Shown piece after piece: positions 19,680 to 29,502 of a DNA stretch of 64,000 nt. The DNA lies in contig OY969814.1 of assembly GCA_963703345.1 (NCBI GenBank), positions 1,824,001 to 1,888,000 on the forward strand, in the 5' to 3' direction. A model generated the notes under the pieces. That model was not told the origin of the DNA. It saw only the letters and a program-made list of their open reading frames with translations, and made no database searches. The translations under genes were made by a program, and so were the position numbers. How positions within the stretch are numbered: the first letter of the stretch is position 1; each line of letters opens with the position of its first letter. The stretch is from an uncultured Chloroflexia bacterium (GTDB taxonomy: Bacteria > Chloroflexota > Dehalococcoidia > DSTF01 > JALHUB01).

Positions 19680-20549
19680 CTAGCCGATGCGCGTCGCTCT
19701 CACGACAAGACGGTGGTCATAGTTCCGGGTGTCCGAATTGAACGTGCCGCCGCAGGTGACTATCGTCAGCTCCTCGCTGCCGTCCTTCAACGCGTACTGC
19801 GTGAAGCTGTCCGTGTCGCCGATCCACTGCGTCCAGTCGACGGCGTACCTGACATACGAGCCATCGAGGAGCTGCACGTCGATCTCATCGCCCTGGACGA
19901 GCTCGTTCAGGTACCAGAACACCGCCGTGTAGTGCGGGTGGTAGTCAACGTGGCCGGAGAAGAGGGCATTGGAGCCCCCAAAACCGGAGATTCCGGGGAA
20001 GCCACCCAGTCCGCCGAAGTTCTGGAAGTCGTACCAGACAACGTCGTCCTTGCCGTTGGGAGTCGCCATCGCGCCGTCGGGCCCGACGACGCGCACGTTC
20101 ACCGGCGCGTTGACGCCGATCTTCGGGATAATCATGCGCAGGCCCGTCGGAGTGGCGGAGCCGTCACCGTTACCACAGGCCGCAGTCGTGAAACTGCCGG
20201 CCGCCGAGGTGAACCACTGGTCGTTCACCAGCGTGTTGACGCGCCAGTGAGTCACCATGTTGACCTGGAGTCCGCTTACGCTCCCCGAGTTGGCGTTAGG
20301 GTCCATCGGGCCCACGCTGAAGAACTGTCCGGGCGGGAAGTCGCTGAACCAGCTCACGTCGAGGTACTGGTCGCCTTTCAGGCTGCCGGGTAGCCAGTGA
20401 AACGTCGCGTCGACCATGCCCGGCGTCGAGCTGCAGTACTGGTCGACGGAAATTGCCAGAGGAAACACGCTACAACTGAGCGATGAAAATGCCGTTAAGA
20501 CCAGGCCGGGAATCAATAGAAGCCAGAACGCTTTTCTCATTAATGCCAC
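19680..20549 (-). CDS. Class F sortase with N-terminal lipoprotein signal and an extra beta-rich domain
   Basis: GHVD, GDEI, LTIVTCGG, RLVVRA (His/Cys/Arg triad); SLSC lipobox. Confidence 0.88.
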   Translation of the reverse strand: MALMRKAFWLLLIPGLVLTAFSSLSCSVFPLAISVDQYCSSTPGMVDATFHWLPGSLKGDQYLDVSWFSDFPPGQFFSVGPMDPNANSGSVSGLQVNMVTHWRVNTLVNDQWFTSAAGSFTTAACGNGDGSATPTGLRMIIPKIGVNAPVNVRVVGPDGAMATPNGKDDVVWYDFQNFGGLGGFPGISGFGGSNALFSGHVDYHPHYTAVFWYLNELVQGDEIDVQLLDGSYVRYAVDWTQWIGDTDSFTQYALKDGSEELTIVTCGGTFNSDTRNYDHRLVVRATRIG

Positions 20550-20774
20550 CCCCCGTCGATTCGTTTCCGGCGGTCATTCCGCCACGGCGCCCGGGCCGTG
20601 AGACCAGCCTTCCCTTGCTGGCCGCTATCCTAGCACTTTGCTGCTCATAAGCAAATACCTCAGGAAGACGAGGCCCGGATTCGCCGAGGAGGCGTCGCGG
20701 CGTCTTGACTCGCTGCGGGCTCGCGGCCGACAATTGACCCACTTTCTAGCCCGACCCAATCATGGAGGAGACCG

Positions 20775-23138
20775 ATGCGTGAAGCTGAAACCGTCCAATC
20801 GTCAATTGGCGAAGCGATGCTGGATGTCGATGGCGCGACCGTGGCGGCCGTGCGCCTGGACCCGTTGCGCTCGTACGTCGACGTGCCCGAGCTGCTGAAG
20901 GAGGTCATCGACCGCGCCGACGAATCGGCCTGGCGGGCGATCGTCGAGCGGATCGACTACACGTACGACTGCCTCGATGGCGCCCTGACGCCTCTTCGCG
21001 AGGAGACGGAGCTCGCCGAGATGCTGCGGAGCGAACTGGCGGCGGGCAAGAAGCTGCTCCTCAAGCCGAATCTCGTCGTCCCCGTCTGCATCGATCCGCG
21101 GGAGCACGGGCGCGGGCTGGGCTACGCCACCTGCACGGCCTGGCCCTTTGTCGCGGCCGTCATGCGCTGGCTGCACGACCGGATGGACGTCTCCTATCAT
21201 CAGATGGCGCTGGGCGAGGCGGCAACGTCGATGGCTGCGGCGGCCGGCTATGGGACGCGCCTTTTCGGCCGGCCGGTCACGCGTGAGGCGGTCATGGAAG
21301 GGCGCATCGACGAGTTCTACGGCGGCTGGGGCTTCTACTTCGTGCGCAAGTACCTGGCAGAATCGCACGACCCATCGCACCGGGACAACCCGATGCGCGG
21401 CTACGACGACAGCGTCGCCGGGAACTACCTGCCGCCGGGCCGCGCGATGGACCGCCTGCCGGTCTACGATCTGAACCGCATCCAGGACGTTCCGGAGCGC
21501 GGGCGTCGGGTGCCGGTGCCGGATGGGGCGAACTTCGAGGCGATAACGCTGCACAAGGCGATCGTCGGCGGCGAGCCGTCGGACCCCGCAGACCGTCGCG
21601 ACTATCCGGGCTGCGTGCTGCTCAGCCTGCCCAAGATGAAGGTGCACAACTTCGCCCTCTTCACCAACGCCATCAAGAACCTGGGCATCGGCCTCTACCC
21701 GATGGAAGCGGCGTCGGACTCCGACCCGGCGAGCACGCGCTGGCTGTACAGCTCGCCGCAACTGGACGTTCCGGGGATGAAGAGCCGCCTGCCGCACCAG
21801 GTGTGGACGGCATCGGTGGACGACCAGACCGGCCGGCCGCATTCCGTCAGGCGGACGGCGGGCATCAACGGGACGATGGTGGACATCATCAAGGCCGTCC
21901 AGTCGCAGGGCGTGCGCGTGCTGAGCATCGTCGACGCCATAGAAACGATCAACATCGATCACACGCTCGACGCGCCGGCGATTCGTGTCCCCGAGGGCTT
22001 CGTCTTCGCCGGCCTCGACGTGGTCGCCCTCGACGTGCTTTGCGCTCGCTACATGTTCAACATGCTGCCGACGACGGAATCGCGCCGGCTCGTGGCGGAG
22101 GGCAAGGCGCAGTCGGAGTGGCTGCAACGGGTGCCGCTGCCGGTGGTCGATGGGCAGAACATCGCTACGGCGGAGGGCTATGACTCGCCGTTGTCGCGCC
22201 ACGTCCTCTTCGAGTACGCGGAAGGAAGGGGCATCGGCGGGCAGGCGTATCACGTCGTCGGCCGGGAAATGTGGCAGGGAGGTCGCCTGGCGTCCGTGCA
22301 GGGGCACCTGGGCAAAGTCGTCGACCGCGAGTTCTCCGAAGTTACGACAAGCACTCTCTACTACGACCAGTTGAAGCTGCTGTGGGACCTGCAGACCACG
22401 GTGATGGGCTACGCTGCCGCGAACGACGCCCTCACCGGCTCCAGCTATCGGCGGCAGTTCCTCGATGCGTTCGACGAGAACGGCGACGGCGTTATCGACT
22501 ACGAAGAGATGGGCCGAAAGGGCATCGTCGATTTTCAGTTGCACGCGGCGGCTTACGGCGTCCACCTGATGGGCAGCGAGGAGTACGGTATGCTGCGCGG
22601 CTCCTTCGCCTTGCGGGCGAACGCGCTGCGCTGGGCCGACGCGGCCTTCAACCCGGACGGGCTGGACTTCCTCAAAGAGTATGTTGACAGCTCGTCGGCG
22701 CTGGTGGGACTGACGCTGTCGCAGATGGAGATCGAGGGCGCTGATCCGTTCGTCCCGTCGATGACGTGGGGCAAGGGCAAGTGGCCGAGCATGCAGATGG
22801 CCCGCTTCATGGCCGTCGGGTCGTTGCTCTACGGCCTCGGCTTCCCCTTCATGACGACGATGGATTCGATATACGGATTCGCCTTCCAGTACGCCGACAA
22901 GGCGTTCAACGGCAGCAGCTACACGGGCGATCTGGAGACGATGAGCGATCCGACTTCGACGGCGGCGGTGGAGTATGTGCAGGCGGTTTCCGCCGGCGCC
23001 GAGCGGCTTCCCTTCCTGCTGTACGTGCCGCAGGGCTTCGGGCAGGTGCTTGGGAAGCCGATTCCGAACGTGGAGGAGACGGCCGACCCGCGCAAGATGC
23101 TGCGGGTGGAGTTCGCCGGCGGCAAGGAGATCTGGTAA
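20775..23138 (+). CDS. Large DUF362-domain protein with an EF-hand
   Basis: LLKPNLV, LPKMKVH, TNAIKNLGIG, DVVALD; EF-hand loop DENGDGVIDYEE; GGAGG RBS. Confidence 0.8.
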   Translation: MREAETVQSSIGEAMLDVDGATVAAVRLDPLRSYVDVPELLKEVIDRADESAWRAIVERIDYTYDCLDGALTPLREETELAEMLRSELAAGKKLLLKPNLVVPVCIDPREHGRGLGYATCTAWPFVAAVMRWLHDRMDVSYHQMALGEAATSMAAAAGYGTRLFGRPVTREAVMEGRIDEFYGGWGFYFVRKYLAESHDPSHRDNPMRGYDDSVAGNYLPPGRAMDRLPVYDLNRIQDVPERGRRVPVPDGANFEAITLHKAIVGGEPSDPADRRDYPGCVLLSLPKMKVHNFALFTNAIKNLGIGLYPMEAASDSDPASTRWLYSSPQLDVPGMKSRLPHQVWTASVDDQTGRPHSVRRTAGINGTMVDIIKAVQSQGVRVLSIVDAIETINIDHTLDAPAIRVPEGFVFAGLDVVALDVLCARYMFNMLPTTESRRLVAEGKAQSEWLQRVPLPVVDGQNIATAEGYDSPLSRHVLFEYAEGRGIGGQAYHVVGREMWQGGRLASVQGHLGKVVDREFSEVTTSTLYYDQLKLLWDLQTTVMGYAAANDALTGSSYRRQFLDAFDENGDGVIDYEEMGRKGIVDFQLHAAAYGVHLMGSEEYGMLRGSFALRANALRWADAAFNPDGLDFLKEYVDSSSALVGLTLSQMEIEGADPFVPSMTWGKGKWPSMQMARFMAVGSLLYGLGFPFMTTMDSIYGFAFQYADKAFNGSSYTGDLETMSDPTSTAAVEYVQAVSAGAERLPFLLYVPQGFGQVLGKPIPNVEETADPRKMLRVEFAGGKEIW

Positions 23139-23214
23139 CAGTTTTTCGGCGCTTCTGCCGATTGATATACTGCCAGGAGGGAACGGGCGGGCACTCCGTC
23201 CGAGTCCGGCCCCC

Positions 23215-23243
23215 TTGACAGCCTCGGAGGTCGGGGCTAGACT
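23215..23243 (+). promoter_or_regulatory. Sigma70-type promoter
   Basis: TTGACA-17 nt-TAGACT. Confidence 0.75.
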
Positions 23244-23294
23244 GAAGGTGAGCCCGGGATGGGATTCCCAATCCGAAAGGAGGAGGTAAGTCTC

Positions 23295-23354
23295 ATGGTA
23301 GAGAACCGGGTTCTCTGGGGGGTGTGGCAGGTTGACTGTTGGGCCCTACCCTGA
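23295..23354 (+). CDS. 19-aa peptide MVENRVLWGVWQVDCWALP
   Basis: ATG follows AAAGGAGGAGGT at normal spacing, downstream of a consensus promoter; too short for the ORF track. Confidence 0.55.
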   Translation: MVENRVLWGVWQVDCWALP

Positions 23355-23485
23355 AAGGGTAGGGCGAAACGGTCGCCGAGTTGGCCCCGTCGCATCAGTG
23401 CTTTGATGGCCACCGTTCTGAATAGGGCGGATCGGCCAGGCGCTGGGGGGCCAGCCCTCGTGGGGGCCTCTCGGGATGAAGATTG

Positions 23486-23520
23486 CAAGAGCCGCCTTTA
23501 CCGGGCGGCTCTTGTCTTTG
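23486..23520 (+). terminator. Intrinsic terminator, possibly bidirectional
   Basis: CAAGAGCCGCC-TTTACCG-GGCGGCTCTTG followed by TCTTTG. Confidence 0.75.
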
Positions 23521-23543
23521 TCTGCGGTAGGAAAGTTACGCCC

Positions 23544-25316
23544 CTACGCCTTCTCCGTGCACTTGTACTCGAGCCGCTTGCCCAGGATGAGGCGGATCTG
23601 CGAGTCGAGGCCGGGCAGCGCGCCGAAGATGAAAGTTATCGGCGCCATCAAGAACCACTGCCCGAACTGCACTGGGTAGAGCCAGATCGGGAACGTCTTC
23701 GGGCGCGGCGGCCGCATGAACGTGTCGAAGCCAACCATTATAGCCAGCGGGACCATGCAGGGGAAGAGTATCTTCGCGGACATCATGTTGAACCAGCTCG
23801 GAATCATCGGCGTGAGCGCGTCGGGCAGCAAACCCTTGGCGGCCAGGAAGACGAACGCCGCCGGGACAGCGCGTCCGATGGTGATGAGGAACCACTGGCT
23901 CGACCAGAGGACGTGGTTCTCGAAGACGCTCCAGGTGCGCCGATAACGCTGCAGCAGTGATATCTCCGGGTGGGCGAACGCCATCTTTATCGCGTAGGAT
24001 ATGTCGGAGGCGCCCCAGGCGTGCCGCCGCGACTGCTGATAGTGCTCCCAGAAGGTGCGAAAGTAGCCATGCGCCCGGACGCCGTCGTTGCCGACCACCA
24101 GGAAGATCGGCTCCACATCGACGTTGCCGCCGCAGAGGAAGAAGCACTTGAGCATCATGTGCCAGTCTTCGGATATGATGTCCGGGTCCCAGTAGCCGAC
24201 CTCGTCCGCCATGCGCAGGCTGAGGCTGTAGGTGGACTGCGGGAAGCGGATAGCGTACTTGCGGGTCAGCTTGACGAGCTGGTTGAGCCCGCCCAAGGAG
24301 TTGGATAGGCGCAACGGCGCCGGCACGTCCCAGACGTTGTTGTAGAAGAAGATCGGCGCCTGCCAGAAGCGTCGGTAACGCATTCTGCTGGTAGCGAACT
24401 TATAGGTCAGGCAAGCGAAGTAGTTAGGCGGAAACTGCGTGTCGGCGTCGCAGCTTGTGACCGTCACGAGGTCGAGATCGTGGCCCATCTCATCGATGAG
24501 TTTACGTCGGGCGATGCGGGCCGCCCACAGCTCGTTCGAGGACTTGCCGCGTATCTCTCCTTCGATGTCGGGAGGGTGGAAGGTGGGGAAGAAGAGCATG
24601 AAGCGGCCGGCGAACTTCTGCCGCAGCACCTGCGCCTTCTCGGCGGCCCCCGCCTCGGCGCCTTCGAGCGCCAGCACGACGACGAGCTGCTGGCCGCCCA
24701 GCGTCTGGTCCACGAGCGTCTGCAGCGTCGTCGACAGCTTCTCCACGCTCTCTTTATAGCTGGGGATCATGACGATGTGCCGCACTTCCTCCCAGCGCAG
24801 GTACGCCTCGCCGCGCGCCGCCGCTTCGTTGTAGCGCTGGCGCCAGTCGACCTTCTTGTGGCGTCGGAGGATGGCGTGGCCACGGACGACGTGGATGCCG
24901 GTGTTGATGGAGCGCCACGCCCAGTACATGTCGAAGCCGATGAGCATGATCGCCAGCGGAAGCGGCAGGAAGAAGGTGCCCCAGACCAGGGTGCTGATGA
25001 GGAAAAGAGCGCAGGCGCCGGGAAGGATGTCCAGGGCGCGCTGGATGAGGTGGTCGCGTAGCGGGTGAGAGCGCTCCTCTTCGAACGTGTGCGGCCGCGG
25101 GACGGCAATCGTCGTCGGAAGGCTTGCCGCGGTGGCCAGCCCTGCTCCCGGGAGCGGCAACACCAGTTCGCCAAGTTCGACGTCGGATGAAAGGGGGAGG
25201 CGGTTGGGGGCTGCGACGGAGCTTGTGACGCGGTCGATGGCGCCGGATGCAATGCCGGTAGAAAGAAGCGACTCACTGGAGGCGGTCGAGAGGCTCTTCG
25301 CCCTGATCGGTTCCAC
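23544..25316 (-). CDS. Processive-type membrane GT2 glycosyltransferase (cellulose-synthase-like)
   Basis: IPSYKE, RGKSSN, CDADT (DxD), ISEDW, QQSRRHAWG (QxxRW-like); N- and C-terminal TM helices. Confidence 0.88.
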   Translation of the reverse strand: MEPIRAKSLSTASSESLLSTGIASGAIDRVTSSVAAPNRLPLSSDVELGELVLPLPGAGLATAASLPTTIAVPRPHTFEEERSHPLRDHLIQRALDILPGACALFLISTLVWGTFFLPLPLAIMLIGFDMYWAWRSINTGIHVVRGHAILRRHKKVDWRQRYNEAAARGEAYLRWEEVRHIVMIPSYKESVEKLSTTLQTLVDQTLGGQQLVVVLALEGAEAGAAEKAQVLRQKFAGRFMLFFPTFHPPDIEGEIRGKSSNELWAARIARRKLIDEMGHDLDLVTVTSCDADTQFPPNYFACLTYKFATSRMRYRRFWQAPIFFYNNVWDVPAPLRLSNSLGGLNQLVKLTRKYAIRFPQSTYSLSLRMADEVGYWDPDIISEDWHMMLKCFFLCGGNVDVEPIFLVVGNDGVRAHGYFRTFWEHYQQSRRHAWGASDISYAIKMAFAHPEISLLQRYRRTWSVFENHVLWSSQWFLITIGRAVPAAFVFLAAKGLLPDALTPMIPSWFNMMSAKILFPCMVPLAIMVGFDTFMRPPRPKTFPIWLYPVQFGQWFLMAPITFIFGALPGLDSQIRLILGKRLEYKCTEKA

Positions 25317-25369
25317 GGCTACTTCCCTGCCCTTCCTGTTTCCACCGCATCCTGCGGACAGACAACGGG

Positions 25370-25406
25370 CAAAGAGAAAAGGTCGTCCCGTTGCGGTCCG
25401 ACCTTT
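25370..25406 (-). terminator. Terminator of the riboswitch expression platform
   Basis: Minus strand AAAGGTCG-13 nt-CGACCTTT followed by TCTCTTT, immediately after the aptamer. Confidence 0.75.
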
Positions 25407-25407
25407 C

Positions 25408-25525
25408 GCACGCCTACGAGGTTAGCTGACGGGTTAGGGCTGAAAGGTTGCCCCTCCCGGTAACCCGGGATTAACCCCTCTTCTGGTTCCCCCGTCCCCG
25501 AACAAGCTCGGGCGTTCGGCGGTTA
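25408..25525 (-). ncRNA. c-di-AMP riboswitch (ydaO/yuaA class)
   Basis: Minus strand CGCCGAA...CGGGGGAACCA...GGGGTTAATC...AGGGG...CCCTAACCCGTCAGCTAACCTCGTAGGCG matches the ydaO-yuaA consensus. Confidence 0.92.
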
Positions 25526-25538
25526 GGTTGTCAATGTC

Positions 25539-25567
25539 AATTTAGCGATAACACAGCCGGTTGTCAA
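25539..25567 (-). promoter_or_regulatory. Sigma70 promoter of the riboswitch-GT2 transcript
   Basis: Minus strand TTGACA-17 nt-TAAATT. Confidence 0.7.
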
Positions 25568-25598
25568 GCATCCCGAAACGCCCCGTCGCTCCTCGCTG

Positions 25599-26046
25599 CC
25601 CGGAGCGCGTTACCACAAACCCGGCGAGCGCGTGTCTGAGACGCAGCTTCTGGCAGCCCGGAGCGCGTTACCACAAACGCAGCGAGCGCGTGTCTGAGAC
25701 GCAGCTTCTGGCAGCCCGGAGCGCGTTACCACAAACGCAGCGAGCGCGTGTCTGAGACTTCGCTTCTGGCAGCCCGGAGCGCGTTACCACAAACCCGGCG
25801 AGCGCGTGTCTGAGACTTCGCTTCTGGCAACCCGGAGCGCGTTACCACAAACCCGGCGAGCGCGTGTCTGAGACGCAGCTTCTGGCAACCCGGAGCGCGT
25901 TACCACAAACCCGGCGAGCGCGTGTCTGAGACGCAGCTTCTGGCAGCCCGGAGCGCGTCACCACAAACCCGGCGAGCGCGTGTCTGAGACGCAGCTTCTG
26001 GCAGCCCGGAGCGCGTCACCACAAACCCGGCGAGCGCCTGTCTGAG
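25599..26046. repeat. Tandem repeat, 58-bp unit, ~7.7 copies
   Basis: Unit CCCGGAGCGCGTTACCACAAACCCGGCGAGCGCGTGTCTGAGACGCAGCTTCTGGCAG, starting at 25599, 25657, 25715, 25773, 25831, 25889, 25947 and 26005; few substitutions, no spacers. Confidence 0.97.
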
Positions 26047-26068
26047 GCGTCCTAGTCGGCAGAAGCGG

Positions 26069-27715
<1,647 letters not shown>

Positions 27716-27843
27716 TGCAGCCTCCCGGGCGTGTCAGCGAATCGGTCTATACGTCTCAGTCTAGCGGCAGCGGCCGCTCTTCGCCAGCGTGCGCCCCCTC
27801 TGCGTCAGAAAGGCGATCAGGACGAGAATAAGCTAGACTGGAC

Positions 27844-28956
27844 GTGATCATCGCGCGGATACGGCTCAGTGGGGACGCGGACGTTTTGGGTGAGCGCAGC
27901 TATCGGATCGTCCTGGCAATTTCCGTGCTTCTGCTGTCGTCGGCGTTGCTGCCGGCCTGCACGGGAAGCGGTGTCGTCCCACTGCCGATTGGACACACTG
28001 CGCCGTTGGCCAATACCTTCGATCCGGCCGCGCCCGGGCCATATCCGGTCGGCGTCACGGAGATCACCTTCGAGCGCAACTCGACGACGACGGGCGAGCC
28101 GCGCGTTCTGAAGACGGTCGTCTGGTATCCCGCGGCCGCCGGCACGGCGAACGAGTCGCCCGACGCGACGTCCAAGGGCGTGCGCGACGCGGCGCTGGCC
28201 CGCGACGCCCTACCTCTACCGATCATTCTCTTCTCGCACGGCAGCGGCGGCACGCCCCTCCAGTCCACCTATTACACTGCTCACCTCGCCAGCCACGGCT
28301 TTGTGGTCGTCGCGCCGCCGCACCCCGGGAACACGCTGAACGACTGCTTCCCTTGCGTCGACATGAAAGCGCTTGCCGATTCGATGCTCAACCGGCCCGA
28401 CGACATGACCTTCGTCCTGAACTCGATGCTGAAGCTGAACGACGACCCGTCATCGCTGTTCTACCAGGCGCTGGACGGCAAGCGCGTCGGCATGAGCGGC
28501 CATTCCTTCGGCGGGCTGACAACGCTGCAACTCGCGGGAGGAGATACGAGCCCGTTCGCGGCCGCGCTCGCGATGGCACCGCCGGCGGGCGCTATGATGG
28601 GCAATCGCCGTTCCTCCGACATTCCGATTATGATCATGGGAGGCGGCCGGGACACCACCTTCCCGCTGAAGCAGCAGCAGGCGTACTTCAACTCGCTGGA
28701 CGGCAGCGAGCCGCGCTTTCTGGTCGCCTTTCCGCGCGGCGGCCACACCGCCTACACCGACATTTGCGTGCCACTGCTCGACACTTGCGGGCCGGCGGCA
28801 ATTGACGAAGAGAAGGCGCACGAGCTGATCGACTTCTACGCCACGGCCTTCTTCAAGACCTACGTCACTGGGGACGAGAGCTACGCCGCCTACCTCGACC
28901 CGTCGCGGGCGTCGGGAGACGCGGACCTCCAGTACGAAGCGCACGTGCCGAACTGA
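27844..28956 (+). CDS. Secreted/lipoprotein alpha/beta-hydrolase (dienelactone hydrolase/PAF-AH-like)
   Basis: Lipobox LPAC, FSHG, GHSFGG nucleophile elbow, GGH; start uncertain. Confidence 0.85.
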   Translation: MIIARIRLSGDADVLGERSYRIVLAISVLLLSSALLPACTGSGVVPLPIGHTAPLANTFDPAAPGPYPVGVTEITFERNSTTTGEPRVLKTVVWYPAAAGTANESPDATSKGVRDAALARDALPLPIILFSHGSGGTPLQSTYYTAHLASHGFVVVAPPHPGNTLNDCFPCVDMKALADSMLNRPDDMTFVLNSMLKLNDDPSSLFYQALDGKRVGMSGHSFGGLTTLQLAGGDTSPFAAALAMAPPAGAMMGNRRSSDIPIMIMGGGRDTTFPLKQQQAYFNSLDGSEPRFLVAFPRGGHTAYTDICVPLLDTCGPAAIDEEKAHELIDFYATAFFKTYVTGDESYAAYLDPSRASGDADLQYEAHVPN

Positions 28957-28971
28957 TCGGCGCGACAAGCG

Positions 28972-29469
28972 TCAGGAATCGCCGGCTTCGTCCTTCTTCC
29001 CACAACCGCACAGCGAGGTGAGCGCGTCGACGGAGATGGCGCCCGGGCCCGCAAGGCCGAGCGTCGTGGCCCCCGTTGCCAGCGACAGCGGCAGCTCGAA
29101 ACCGCCCTGACCGAAGAAGCCGTTCTTCCAGTGCACCTTCCAGATCGCCGCCGTCATGTTGACGATGATCGGAAGTGCGACCAGGCGCGTCTTGAAGCCG
29201 AGCACGAGGGCCATGCCGCCGAAGAACTCCGTGATGCCGGAGGCATAGGCGGCGGCAAGCGGGTATGGTACGCCCATCGATTCGAGCCCGGCCGCGAACG
29301 CCTGCGGCCCGCCGTTCTCGGTGAAGGCCTGCCAGTTGGGACCGAGCACCTTCAGCGGCCTCTCGGGCACTTTCTTGTCCGGTCCGCCGAAGAGCTTGGG
29401 GTAGCCGTGCGCCATCAGCGTGACGCCGACGTTGAGCCGGAGCAGTAAGAGACCGAGGCTGCGTAGCAT
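28972..29469 (-). CDS. DoxX family membrane protein
   Basis: LLLRL..G..L.AHG.PKLFG, EFFGG, LGFKTR, GGFE, GPG.ISVD. Confidence 0.92.
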   Translation of the reverse strand: MLRSLGLLLLRLNVGVTLMAHGYPKLFGGPDKKVPERPLKVLGPNWQAFTENGGPQAFAAGLESMGVPYPLAAAYASGITEFFGGMALVLGFKTRLVALPIIVNMTAAIWKVHWKNGFFGQGGFELPLSLATGATTLGLAGPGAISVDALTSLCGCGKKDEAGDS

Positions 29470-29502
29470 TCTTGCCCTCCTTTCAGTCCTTGATGGGTTT
29501 CC

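Larger units (their letters stand above)
23250..23520 (+). ncRNA. Putative structured small transcript containing a small ORF; family unrecognised
   Basis: Bounded by a promoter and terminator; several complementary stems with G-U pairs; 5'/3' end pairing (see findings). Confidence 0.5.

Noticed and set aside
23352-23354. Selenocysteine read-through of the small ORF's UGA, in frame with ORF 23403-23960
   Set aside because: The UGA sits at a hairpin apex rather than upstream of a SECIS-type stem. The read-through would cross the terminator into the antisense of the GT2 and resembles no protein.
23295-23354. Classical trpL attenuator
   Set aside because: The Trp codons are not tandem and no trp or other gene follows on that strand.
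25599-26046. CRISPR array
   Set aside because: The units are contiguous and near-identical with no unique spacers, and there are no cas genes in the window.
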